Below, piece after piece: positions 17,755-27,533 of a stretch of DNA of 64,000 bases. The notes beneath the pieces are model-generated. The model searched no databases. It had not been told where the DNA came from and saw only the letters and a program-made list of their open reading frames with translations. This DNA is from an uncultured Bacteroidales bacterium (GTDB taxonomy: Bacteria > Bacteroidota > Bacteroidia > Bacteroidales > UBA10428). Position numbers and translations under genes: made by a program. Positions within the stretch are counted from its first letter, which is position 1; each line of letters opens with the position of its first letter. Location of the stretch: assembly GCA_964534745.1 (NCBI GenBank), contig CAZHQW010000003.1, positions 16,016-80,015 of the forward strand, in the 5' to 3' direction.

Positions 17755-20652
17755 CTATAAGAAGCTTGTATTAATGGATAAAATAAATTCCGTTGCAAAA
17801 TTATTTTGCAAAGGCATGTATGAGCACCTGATTCCTGTGTTAAAAGGAAAAATAAATCTTAAAATATTCAAATCGGCAGTCAGTTCTGCCCCAAAGGAAT
17901 TATATATGCCCGTAAATAAATCATCTTCTGATTCAGGATTATCTCTGACATTATAACCATAGGCATGATCATAGAAAAGATTCATTTTTATCCTCCTGAC
18001 ATAAGCCAGCGGACCCAGGGAAATTTCGGGATAGGCCAGGGGCAATGAATAATCAAGGGACAGCTTCCACGACTCTTCAGAATAATAATTCGGATAACCG
18101 CGCGGCATAAGTATTCTGTTTATATAGTAAATAAACATTTCAGGGTATTGCTTTTGCATTCCTCCATAGATTCTGAAGCTATGATGTGGTAGTAATCCGG
18201 GAAAGTAAAACCGTGAGCTGACCGATAGCAATGAGCCAAATAATTTATTTGAAAACGAGTGAGTGTATGTAAAATACAATGACTGTCCCCATATATAATC
18301 AATATCGCGGTATGAAAGCCTTAAGTATCTGTATAGTCCCAGCTTATAATGAATACCTGATATGCCTTTTTTATATCCGCCGTCAAAATAATAAAGTGTA
18401 TTGAATTCGTATTCGGCCTGTGGAATTACTATTTTAACATATTTACTATTGCTAAACTTCAGGGGCAGATAAGTTTTTACAAAATAGCTTTTCTTAAATG
18501 ACATGTCTTCAGGGGCATCAATATTCTGATACAGCTTCAGGTAAGTTGACGGGCCTCCCAGCGCGGCTGAAAGTTCTATCACCGGATAAAATCCGGAATA
18601 TGTAAATTTTGGATACAGGTAGTGATATCCGTTTTCATATGAATATCCTATGCTTGAAAAAGCAGTACTCAGATTATTCTGTGATAGTATTGTTAATCCC
18701 AATGACACCGGCAATTCCGACAAATCAATATCATCATAGTCAAGGTCAATATAAAACGGATACCAGCTATGAAAATTAAACATATGTGCCAGACGCGAAT
18801 AATAAACTGGCTTATATATTTCAGTGGGTATGTCACTTTCCTGTATATTCTTACCTTCCTGCTGTGCCAGTGGCCTGTACCATTTTACCGATTTGTCGCT
18901 TACGTTCTTCATGGGAATCCATCCCGATGTATCAAGCTCCGCTGATACCGACTTATATCCGTTTGAAGTATAGTCCGCATATATCATTTCATCACTTCCC
19001 GGTTTTACCGAGGGATCATTTGCTCCGTATATGGAAGAAGTTACCTGGAATACATTTCCTGATACTTTACTGATAGCATAAATATTGTCGATTCCATTAA
19101 ATCCTCCGGTAAATAGAACATAACTCTTCCATTCCACAGGATGTGAAATCTCGGTATTTTTTGAATTAAACATAGTGCTCCATGCCCTTCCCGCAAAACT
19201 GTATTTCATTATTTTCTTGCCATCTTCACTAACGGCAACAGCTAAAATATCACCGCCGGCTGTCCATTCAGGATACTGAAGCATCATACCTGCGGGAGAC
19301 TGTATTCTGTTTACAACATCTCCGTTATGTGCATCAATTACTGCTAAATAATTATTATTACAGTTATCTATCTCAATTACAACTACTTTACTTCCGTCAT
19401 TTGAAATAGAAGGTGAAAAATATCTTGTTTTTCGCGTCAGTTGCTCTTTCTTTCCGGTTTCTATATCCATAATTTTAATCACAGAAAAGCTGCGTTGTTC
19501 CCATCTGGGGTCAGGTACTACTTCATCCCAGACAATTTTATTGCACCGTGATGATATCCTGTCAGTTGACATATATCCGGGAGTATGTATTGTCTTTTCG
19601 TGCCCGGCTTCCGAAATCAGCACAAAGCGGGTTAAGTGGTCAATGCTGCTTTTTAAAACAACAACAGTACTGTCACTGACATACTGAGGATACCTGTAGC
19701 TTGTATAAAATTTTGTTCTTTCTGGCGAAATATATGAATAATCCGTATAATTAATATTTTTCATCTGATTAGTCCACAAGTATTTAAGGCTATCAAATGT
19801 TTCTTCATACAATTTTACCTTTGAAAGGTTATAGTTCTTTTTCAATCCAAGGTAAAAGGGGCATAACAAATAAGGATTCCTGGCAACATTATCCAGCATG
19901 TTGCTGCAAAAGGCGCTGTCATATTTTAACCTTGCATATGCTACCATAAAATATCCCGAATGATAATAGTCCGGTATATACTCCCTGAATGAGCCAAAAT
20001 ACATTCTATCATAAGAAATCTTACTTTCACTTTCCGTAACAATAGCCCTTAATTTCATTTCAAATGAAGGAAGCCTTCCTCTGCCTGTGCTTGAAAGAGC
20101 TGTTTCCGTTACAACGGCATCTCCTTCCAAAAACCAGAGGGGCAGATACCCAACCAGCGCAGCTGTCGCCTGCTGTCCGAAAGCCAATGTTAATATTCGC
20201 GTAAATCCCTGGTTGAGTTTATTAACCTGTGCTATATGCCTGAACTCATGGAGTGCAAGTTGTTCGAGCCAGTCTTCCCCGTAAATGTCATGCGGAGGAG
20301 TAGTAATAAACTCCATACGTTTTGGAGCCCATGATACATACCCGTTAGATAGTACGGAACTGTTGTGGAGTATAACCGGAACTTTGCCCGGTCTGCTGTC
20401 AAGGCTTTTTGTGATATGCTCATACGAATAATCAAGAATGTTTGCCAGTCTGTTTGACTCTTTGTAGAATTCCTTCGGGTATATAATTTTGAAGTGCGCT
20501 GTATTTATCTGTTCCCATGAAGTTGAAAACGGATCCTGTCCGGTTGAATAGAACTGCGCAGATCCTTGTAAGTCAGACAAATTAAGAAAGAGAAGAAAAA
20601 TAAAAAAACTCTTATAATTAAAGGCTTTAAATCTAAGTTTCGATAGTCTCAC
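17755..20652 (-). CDS. large secreted protein: HExxH metalloprotease-like region + PD40/TolB-like beta-propeller repeats + Tyr/Gly-rich barrel-like C-terminus
   Basis: Probable GTG start at 20652 giving a signal peptide (RLSKLRFKAFNYKSFFIFLLFLNL). HEFRH lies at 20236-20250. PD40-like repeats are present (YFSPSISNDGSKVVVIE; YPEWTAGGDILAVAVSEDGKK). The aromatic-rich C-terminal third ends in ...SINTSFL. Confidence 0.7.
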   Translation of the reverse strand: MRLSKLRFKAFNYKSFFIFLLFLNLSDLQGSAQFYSTGQDPFSTSWEQINTAHFKIIYPKEFYKESNRLANILDYSYEHITKSLDSRPGKVPVILHNSSVLSNGYVSWAPKRMEFITTPPHDIYGEDWLEQLALHEFRHIAQVNKLNQGFTRILTLAFGQQATAALVGYLPLWFLEGDAVVTETALSSTGRGRLPSFEMKLRAIVTESESKISYDRMYFGSFREYIPDYYHSGYFMVAYARLKYDSAFCSNMLDNVARNPYLLCPFYLGLKKNYNLSKVKLYEETFDSLKYLWTNQMKNINYTDYSYISPERTKFYTSYRYPQYVSDSTVVVLKSSIDHLTRFVLISEAGHEKTIHTPGYMSTDRISSRCNKIVWDEVVPDPRWEQRSFSVIKIMDIETGKKEQLTRKTRYFSPSISNDGSKVVVIEIDNCNNNYLAVIDAHNGDVVNRIQSPAGMMLQYPEWTAGGDILAVAVSEDGKKIMKYSFAGRAWSTMFNSKNTEISHPVEWKSYVLFTGGFNGIDNIYAISKVSGNVFQVTSSIYGANDPSVKPGSDEMIYADYTSNGYKSVSAELDTSGWIPMKNVSDKSVKWYRPLAQQEGKNIQESDIPTEIYKPVYYSRLAHMFNFHSWYPFYIDLDYDDIDLSELPVSLGLTILSQNNLSTAFSSIGYSYENGYHYLYPKFTYSGFYPVIELSAALGGPSTYLKLYQNIDAPEDMSFKKSYFVKTYLPLKFSNSKYVKIVIPQAEYEFNTLYYFDGGYKKGISGIHYKLGLYRYLRLSYRDIDYIWGQSLYFTYTHSFSNKLFGSLLSVSSRFYFPGLLPHHSFRIYGGMQKQYPEMFIYYINRILMPRGYPNYYSEESWKLSLDYSLPLAYPEISLGPLAYVRRIKMNLFYDHAYGYNVRDNPESEDDLFTGIYNSFGAELTADLNILRFIFPFNTGIRCSYMPLQNNFATEFILSINTSFL

Positions 20653-20689
20653 GTTGAATTTTGCTCCCAAAATAATCAAATTACAAACT

Positions 20690-21931
20690 TTATGCGTCTA
20701 CTATTTTAAAAAGCTTATCCGATCTTCTTATAAGCCTTTCAATGGGTATTGAGAATCTCTGGCCCTGTACTGTCTGTAATACATTCTTAAGATCTACCCT
20801 TATTTCTTTGACAATAGTCTGTATTACTCCTGTTGTCGGACCCGTTATAAGTATCTCATCGCCTACGTTCAGTGTACTTGCTTCACATGTGAATTCAGCA
20901 ACCTTAATTCTGTCAAAATAATTTACTCCTTTCCCTATAAATATTTTCCTTTTGGTAGCCTTTGAGCCATAAATATCACTCCATTCACCCAGTTTTTTAC
21001 CAAGGTAATATCCGTCCCAGAATCCCCTGTTAAAAACAGCTGATAATCGTTCAGTCCATTTATCTGCCTTGTCTTTTGTGAATGTGCCATTCAGGCATGA
21101 ATTTATTGCTTCGTTATAACATTCGGTCACAGTTTTAACATATTCGGGAGGCCTTGCTCTTCCTTCAATTTTCAGAACACTGACCCCCGCTTTGAGGATT
21201 TTATCCAGGAAGTGTATTGTACAAAGGTCTTTTGGGGACATTATATGCTCATTCTCAATATCCAGTTCAAATCCTGTTTCTTTATCCCTTACAGTGTATG
21301 TTCGACGGCAATCCTGCAGGCATTCACCCCTGTTTGCGGAATAGTTGTGTTCATGAAGGCTCAGGTAGCATTTTCCTGAAATTGACATGCACAGGGCCCC
21401 ATGAATAAAAAGCTCAATCTTAACATAATCTCCCGATGGGCCATTTATTTTATCTTTTACTATATGCTTTGCAATATCGGATATCTGCTTCAAGCTTAGT
21501 TCCCTTGCAAGGACTATTACATCAGCATATTTTGAAAAAACCCTTAAAGATTCAATATTGCTGATATTTGCCTGGGTTGAAATATGTACGCTCATACCAG
21601 CATTGTGTGCATATTCAATGGCTGCGAGGTCAGAAACAATAACCCCGTGTATCCCTGCTTTCTTTGCCAGGTCTATTATTTCTCTGATTCTTGGCAGCTC
21701 TGAGTCAAATAAAACAGTGTTTAAAGCAAGATAAGCCCTGATATTGTATTCATTACAAATATCTGTAATCTTATCCAGATCGGCTTCGGTAAAGTTGTAT
21801 GATGATCTGGCACGCATGTTAAGTTTTCCCAGTCCGAAATATACCGAATTCGCGCCTCCCTGTATAGCTGCCATCAGCGAGTCAAAAGACCCTGCCGGAG
21901 CTGTCAGATCAATATCATCTCTTTTAATCAT
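20690..21931 (-). CDS. U32-family protein (collagenase-like peptidase / RNA-hydroxylation factor family)
   Basis: U32 signature ELFIHGALCMSISGKCYLS; 413 aa. Confidence 0.9.
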   Translation of the reverse strand: MIKRDDIDLTAPAGSFDSLMAAIQGGANSVYFGLGKLNMRARSSYNFTEADLDKITDICNEYNIRAYLALNTVLFDSELPRIREIIDLAKKAGIHGVIVSDLAAIEYAHNAGMSVHISTQANISNIESLRVFSKYADVIVLARELSLKQISDIAKHIVKDKINGPSGDYVKIELFIHGALCMSISGKCYLSLHEHNYSANRGECLQDCRRTYTVRDKETGFELDIENEHIMSPKDLCTIHFLDKILKAGVSVLKIEGRARPPEYVKTVTECYNEAINSCLNGTFTKDKADKWTERLSAVFNRGFWDGYYLGKKLGEWSDIYGSKATKRKIFIGKGVNYFDRIKVAEFTCEASTLNVGDEILITGPTTGVIQTIVKEIRVDLKNVLQTVQGQRFSIPIERLIRRSDKLFKIVDA

Positions 21932-21941
21932 CGTTCCTGTA

Positions 21942-22826
21942 TTAACTTTTAAATCCCTGAATCCAGTCCCTTGTCCCCTGGTATTTGCATGATTCGGTTG
22001 CTACTACTGAGGCTTTTTTCAAGGCTTCTGCAAAATTATTCTCTTTTAAATAATAAAAACAGAAAGCACCGTGGAAAATATCACCAGCACCCAGCGTATC
22101 AATTGCTTCTACTTTGTCTATACTAATTCTTTTATATTGATTCTTTTCTTTAAATATTAAGGGATTCTCACCTCTTGTAATTGCTATTCTGTTTATTTTT
22201 CTTGAGGCCAGGTATTCAAATACATTCTTTCTGGTTTTAGTACCGGGAGGATAAAAATCTGCTGAACAAATAGCTATATCAACAAATTCAAGTAATTCCT
22301 CCATGCCTTTCTTCCAGCTTCCCCCATCAATTACTACGGGTATTTTCCTTTTTTTTGCTTCCCTGGCAATTCTGACGGCATATCTCATGTAAAAGCAATC
22401 AAGAAGCAATATATCATATTGACTGAGATCCTCCCCACACAAACGGCCAATCAAAATGTCATTTTCACCTGCTTCCTCACTGTATTGTTCAGGGAAAACC
22501 GTAAGCACTGTACGGTCACCCTTTGCACCTGATGTTATCACCGTGCTTATAACAGCACCGGTATTTGTTTCGGGACTGATATCAAATAATTTCACACTAT
22601 TTTTCTGCAGTTCACCGAGGACAAATTCCCTTAATAAATGGTTGCCAACAGAAGTGATCAAGGCTGCATTTCCTCCAAGATTTGAAAAGGTAATTGCCGC
22701 ATTTGCAGCCGGCCCTCCAAGATAAAATGCATTCCTGCTGACCAGGGTCTTTGTATTTACACGGGGATACCTGTCCGTTACAAACTGTATATCAATAGTA
22801 TTTAATCCTGCAAATAGCCCTCTCAT
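21942..22826 (-). CDS. PfkB-family carbohydrate/nucleoside kinase
   Basis: PfkB signature 2, [13 protein letters not shown], and the N-terminal GGPAANAA glycine segment. It overlaps xth by 4 nt. Confidence 0.85.
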   Translation of the reverse strand: MRGLFAGLNTIDIQFVTDRYPRVNTKTLVSRNAFYLGGPAANAAITFSNLGGNAALITSVGNHLLREFVLGELQKNSVKLFDISPETNTGAVISTVITSGAKGDRTVLTVFPEQYSEEAGENDILIGRLCGEDLSQYDILLLDCFYMRYAVRIAREAKKRKIPVVIDGGSWKKGMEELLEFVDIAICSADFYPPGTKTRKNVFEYLASRKINRIAITRGENPLIFKEKNQYKRISIDKVEAIDTLGAGDIFHGAFCFYYLKENNFAEALKKASVVATESCKYQGTRDWIQGFKS

Positions 22827-23596
22827 ATCATGTCCATTTCAACATAAACCGGACAGTGATCAGAGTGGCTTACTTTATTCAGTATGCCTGCTCCTTTTAA
22901 TATAGGCCTTAAAGACTCCGATACTAAATGATAATCAATACGCCATCCCAGGTTCTTTGCCCTTGCATTTGCCCTGTAACTCCACCACGAATATTGTTCG
23001 GGTTCCTTATTAAATTCTCTGAATGTATCAATAAACCCGCTATTAATAAAATTATCAAACCACTCTCTTTCTTCAGGCAAAAAGCCCGATGACTTCTTAT
23101 GTTTTTCAGGATAATTGATGTCTATCGGCTTATGGCATATATTAAAATCACCTGATACTATTATATTTTTCCTTTCTTTTCTGAGATTGTTAATATATGT
23201 TTGGAAGTCACCGAGGAATTTCATCTTAAAATCCTGCCTGACTCCCCCCTGGGTGCCCGAAGGAACATATACACAAAGCAGGGTTATGTCGCCATAATCA
23301 GCTCTTATCATCCTCCCTTCGGCATCATACTCTTCAATATTCATTCCGTACCATATCGCATCAGGCTTATTCCTGCTGAAGAGGGATGTGCCGCTATATC
23401 CTTTCTTTAAGGCAAAATACCAGTAAGTATTATACCCTAATTTTTCAAAAACAGATCTGTCCGCCTGGTCTGCCTGAACCTTTGTTTCCTGTAAACACAA
23501 AATATCGGGTTTCTCTTCTTTTAACCAGTCCGTAAAACCTTTGCCTGTAGCTGCCCTGATACCGTTTATATTATAAGTTACTACACTTCTGATCAT
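22823..23596 (-). CDS. xth: exodeoxyribonuclease III
   Basis: The motifs [22 protein letters not shown] and SDHCPV match the ExoIII/AP-endonuclease family. Confidence 0.92.
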   Translation of the reverse strand: MIRSVVTYNINGIRAATGKGFTDWLKEEKPDILCLQETKVQADQADRSVFEKLGYNTYWYFALKKGYSGTSLFSRNKPDAIWYGMNIEEYDAEGRMIRADYGDITLLCVYVPSGTQGGVRQDFKMKFLGDFQTYINNLRKERKNIIVSGDFNICHKPIDINYPEKHKKSSGFLPEEREWFDNFINSGFIDTFREFNKEPEQYSWWSYRANARAKNLGWRIDYHLVSESLRPILKGAGILNKVSHSDHCPVYVEMDMI

Positions 23597-23687
23597 AATT
23601 ATTTTGTTTATTTTATAAAAATAATAAATATATTATTTAATTTGAGTACATAATCTTTGCAAGAACCTGTAAATAAATAAATACAAA

Positions 23688-24617
23688 TTGGAGAAAGGGC
23701 TTGTAATAAAATCAACCGGGAGCTGGCATACTGTTAAAAGTGGTTCTGATATTATTAAATGCAAAATTAAAGGCAGATTCCGCATAAAGGATATCACTAC
23801 CACTAATCCTGTTACAGTTGGGGATATAGTTAGTTACGAAAAATCAGGTAATAATAACATAGGATTAATTACAGATATCCAGGAACGGAAGAACTACATC
23901 ATCAGGAAAGCATCCAACCTGTCAAAAGAAGCTCATCTTATTGCAGCCAATGTTGATCAGGCATTCCTAATGTTTACCCTGAATTTTCCCCGGACTCTTC
24001 TGGAATTTGTTGACAGGTTTCTTGTTACAGCCGAAGCTTATCATATCCCGACAATATTAATAATCAACAAAGTCGATCTGTATGATGATATTACCCTGGA
24101 AAGGATGCGCTCGGTAAGGTCTATTTACGAAAATGCCGGTTACATATGTTATGAGACATCTGTAACAGAGAATATCAATATTGATACAATAAAAAGCCTT
24201 ATGAAAGATAAGATCAGCGTTATCTCAGGTAATTCAGGAGTCGGAAAATCAGCGCTTATCAATGCAATAGATAAAAATCTCAATTTAAAGGTCGAAGAGA
24301 TTTCGTCTTACCATAAGAAGGGCAAACATACCACTACTTTCTCTGAAATGTTTGAACTTGAAAGTGGTGGCTATATTATTGATACCCCGGGAATAAAAGG
24401 ATTCGGATTAATAGATTTCAAGGAAAATGAAATCAGCCTTTTTTTCCCTGAGATTTTCAAGTTATCCAAAAATTGCCAGTACTATAACTGCAGTCATGTC
24501 CATGAACCCGGGTGTGCAGTTAAAAAAGCCCTGGAAAACGGTTTATTAAGCCCGTCAAGATATAAAAGCTATGTTAATATTCTGGATAATGACCCGGGCA
24601 AATACAGAACTGAATAA
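23688..24617 (+). CDS. rsgA: ribosome small-subunit-dependent GTPase A
   Basis: Circularly permuted GTPase: INKVDL precedes GNSGVGKSALINA. C-terminal zinc cluster C-x-H-x-HEPGC. TTG start. Confidence 0.9.
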   Translation: MEKGLVIKSTGSWHTVKSGSDIIKCKIKGRFRIKDITTTNPVTVGDIVSYEKSGNNNIGLITDIQERKNYIIRKASNLSKEAHLIAANVDQAFLMFTLNFPRTLLEFVDRFLVTAEAYHIPTILIINKVDLYDDITLERMRSVRSIYENAGYICYETSVTENINIDTIKSLMKDKISVISGNSGVGKSALINAIDKNLNLKVEEISSYHKKGKHTTTFSEMFELESGGYIIDTPGIKGFGLIDFKENEISLFFPEIFKLSKNCQYYNCSHVHEPGCAVKKALENGLLSPSRYKSYVNILDNDPGKYRTE

Positions 24618-24710
24618 TAGATTACTATTTTATAATTCTGTTAATGAATTTATAAGTATTTTTATTTTTTAATATTTATCTTAGATATTTTCGAATATTT
24701 GCTCAGGATA

Positions 24711-27530
24711 ATGAAAAGACTTTATATATATCTTGCTATTGTTATAATAATAGTTGTTGGCCTGAACGTACTGTTATTCTACCAGTCGTATTTAAGGCAA
24801 ATATCCTATCAAAGGAATATTCTTTTCCAGCAGGCTGAAAATGCAGGTGATGAAATTGAATCTGTGGTCTCTGCATTTGAAAGCGACATCAACAAAATAC
24901 TTTTCTATGACGATATTGCAGAGATCTTCAGCAGCAGTGACATAAAGGAAATCGGGATGAGAAATCTCAAGGTGTTTTACTCAACTTATACCGACCTTAT
25001 CAAGAATATATACATATATGACCGTAATAAAAATGTACTTAACCTGTTTAAAGACAAAAAAGGCAACTTCATAGTTGACCATTACATCGCACAGAGGCAG
25101 GCCGTGCTTGAAGAAAGGGATATTATCAGGATCAAAAATAACAATTACCAGTTTTTCCTGCCGGTATTCAAGGACAACAAGGTATATGGAAATATAATTG
25201 TAGCAGTTGATTTTACCAGGTACATGAACTCGGTTCTGGATAAGTATTATCTCGAAAATGCACTGTGGCAATCGATCATTGACAGTGCCGGAAATATATT
25301 ATCGACAAATATCGGACCTGACGTTGAATTCACAAGAATCAATATTATAAAGGCAAACCTTAAAAAGGAAGTAAAAAATTACATAAAGCATACTGCATAT
25401 ATTGACAACAAAAAGGAAGTACTTATTTCTGTTTATCATCCCGTTATTATTCTTAAGCAGAGTTTTAGCCTTGTTTTTTCTTTAAACAACAGTGTTATCC
25501 ATGATTATATATTGGGGAAGATGTTTTTATCGGCCGGCCTTAGCCTTGTCATCCTTTTCTCATCAATATTCATACTGCTTCAGATTATCCGAAATAAAAC
25601 AAGGAGCGGACACGAAGTAAGCTCGGAGCTGAAAAGACTCGAGCTAATAATTGATAACCTTCCTATTGGATTATTGATCCTTGACAGTGAAAGAAAGGTT
25701 AAAACCATCAATAAAACAGCAAAGGAATTACTGTTACTGAAGGATAATGAAAATGTTATCGGAAAGGATGTATCAGACAGGTTCCTGCTCTCAAAAAATT
25801 ACTATTCAGACGAAGACAATGTATCGGCATATGATTCAAACCAGTTTATACTATACCAGAAAGAAGGCAATGAGGTGGTTGTCTATAAAAAGGAAGTCCC
25901 TTTTCCTCTGGATGACAAAATAGTGTTTCTTGAGACTTTTATAGACATAACATCAGTTGAGAAATCAAGGAAGTATGCAGTTGCGGCCAACACTGCAAAA
26001 TCTGAATTCCTGGCAAGTATGAGCCATGAAATAAGAACCCCTATGAACGGTATCATTGGGATGACAGATGCCCTTGACCAGCAAAATCTTACACCCGCAC
26101 AAAAGGAATATGTTGAGATTGTGAAAAAATCGGCTGATTTATTGCTTAATATAATAGACGATATACTGGATTTTTCAAAGATTGAATCTGGGAAAATGCA
26201 ACTTGAAGAGATACCGTTCAAACTGAGGGAAGAAATAAAACTATCACTGGACTTATTCCGTCCGATAATAAATGAAAAAAAGCTGAAACTAACGGTTAAT
26301 ATAAATCCCGACATTCCTGAAAACATTATTGGGGATCCTTTCAGGCTGAGGCAGGTTTTATCAAACCTGATAAGCAATGCCGTGAAGTTTACACACGAAG
26401 GAGAAATTGCGGTTGGTGTAAAACTTGAAGAGGAATATTCAGGGAATCTGACATTGTTATTTTATGTTGAAGACACGGGGGTTGGCATACCCGAGAAAAA
26501 AATTGAGAGCATATTCAGCTCGTTTACACAGGCCGATGACTCGACATCAAGAAAATACGGGGGCACCGGATTGGGGACAACAATATCAAAACAGCTTGTC
26601 AATCTTATGCACGGTGAAATATGGGTGGAAAGTCCCTCCAGTATTACAAAAAGTAAAAAATATCCGGGTTCGAAATTTAGTTTCACCATTGAAGTATTTT
26701 CAAATGAAAAGCTTGATAAAAATCTTAATTTCGACAATATAACTGAATTCAGCCAGGTTGACGCCCTTGTACTTACAGCTAATATCGAAAGTAAAGTCAG
26801 GCTTGTCTATTTCTTTAAACAGATCGGAATCAAATATGAAGGGTTTAAATTTCAAATAGATAAATTAAAAGATCTGAATAATAAGTTGAAAGAAAAAGGA
26901 AAGGATATCAAACTCATATTTATAATGGACGAGCCAAATTACAAGGGATTTGAAATTGCGCATAAACTAAAGGAAAAAGCCATATCAGATTCATACATAG
27001 TATTTATAGTAAGCTCAAATCATAAGCCCGACAATTATATCCAGGCAAAGAGAGAAGGAGTTGATTACTATTTAATACAGCCTTTTGAGAATGAAGATCT
27101 TTTAAACTATCTGCATGACACCTTCCCAAACGTTAAAGTTACAGCAGAGGAAGAGACGAAAAAAATACGGACTGACTTAAGCATTCTGGTAGCTGAAGAC
27201 AATATTATAAACCAGAAAGTAGCGGAAACCATTTTCAATAATCTTGGCCTTAAAATTGAAATAGCAAATGATGGTAAGGAAACCGTTGAGAAATTTAACC
27301 GCAAAAAATACGATATAATATTTATGGACCTGGTTATGCCAAATAAAGATGGGATCCAGGCTACTGTCGATATACGCGGCACAGGCAGTCAGGTCCCCAT
27401 TATTGCAATGACTGCCACAGCGAGCAAGCAAACCCAGGCCCAGGCAATAGCATCAGGAATGAATGATTACATTATTAAACCTGTTAAGCTTGAGACTGTT
27501 AGAAATATTCTTCTCAAATGGTTTGCCTGA
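24711..27530 (+). CDS. hybrid sensor histidine kinase with a periplasmic sensor, PAS, HisKA, HATPase, a degenerate receiver and a canonical receiver
   Basis: H-box SHEIRTPMNGIIGM, N-box LISNAVKFT, and G-boxes EDTGVGIP and GGTGLGTTIS. The terminal REC carries ILVAEDN...IIFMDLVMPNKDG...IIAMTA...IIKPV. Confidence 0.9.
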   Translation: MKRLYIYLAIVIIIVVGLNVLLFYQSYLRQISYQRNILFQQAENAGDEIESVVSAFESDINKILFYDDIAEIFSSSDIKEIGMRNLKVFYSTYTDLIKNIYIYDRNKNVLNLFKDKKGNFIVDHYIAQRQAVLEERDIIRIKNNNYQFFLPVFKDNKVYGNIIVAVDFTRYMNSVLDKYYLENALWQSIIDSAGNILSTNIGPDVEFTRINIIKANLKKEVKNYIKHTAYIDNKKEVLISVYHPVIILKQSFSLVFSLNNSVIHDYILGKMFLSAGLSLVILFSSIFILLQIIRNKTRSGHEVSSELKRLELIIDNLPIGLLILDSERKVKTINKTAKELLLLKDNENVIGKDVSDRFLLSKNYYSDEDNVSAYDSNQFILYQKEGNEVVVYKKEVPFPLDDKIVFLETFIDITSVEKSRKYAVAANTAKSEFLASMSHEIRTPMNGIIGMTDALDQQNLTPAQKEYVEIVKKSADLLLNIIDDILDFSKIESGKMQLEEIPFKLREEIKLSLDLFRPIINEKKLKLTVNINPDIPENIIGDPFRLRQVLSNLISNAVKFTHEGEIAVGVKLEEEYSGNLTLLFYVEDTGVGIPEKKIESIFSSFTQADDSTSRKYGGTGLGTTISKQLVNLMHGEIWVESPSSITKSKKYPGSKFSFTIEVFSNEKLDKNLNFDNITEFSQVDALVLTANIESKVRLVYFFKQIGIKYEGFKFQIDKLKDLNNKLKEKGKDIKLIFIMDEPNYKGFEIAHKLKEKAISDSYIVFIVSSNHKPDNYIQAKREGVDYYLIQPFENEDLLNYLHDTFPNVKVTAEEETKKIRTDLSILVAEDNIINQKVAETIFNNLGLKIEIANDGKETVEKFNRKKYDIIFMDLVMPNKDGIQATVDIRGTGSQVPIIAMTATASKQTQAQAIASGMNDYIIKPVKLETVRNILLKWFA

Positions 27531-27533
27531 TTT

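Noticed and set aside
25883-26377. 164-aa ORF antisense to the HisKA/HATPase region of the hybrid kinase
   Set aside because: The plus-strand frame carries the H, N and G boxes. The antisense product is a Ser/Phe/Ile-rich artefact.
26666-26676. GGGTTCGAAAT string resembling a tRNA T-arm
   Set aside because: It lies inside the hybrid kinase coding frame, with no acceptor, D or anticodon arm complementarity around it.
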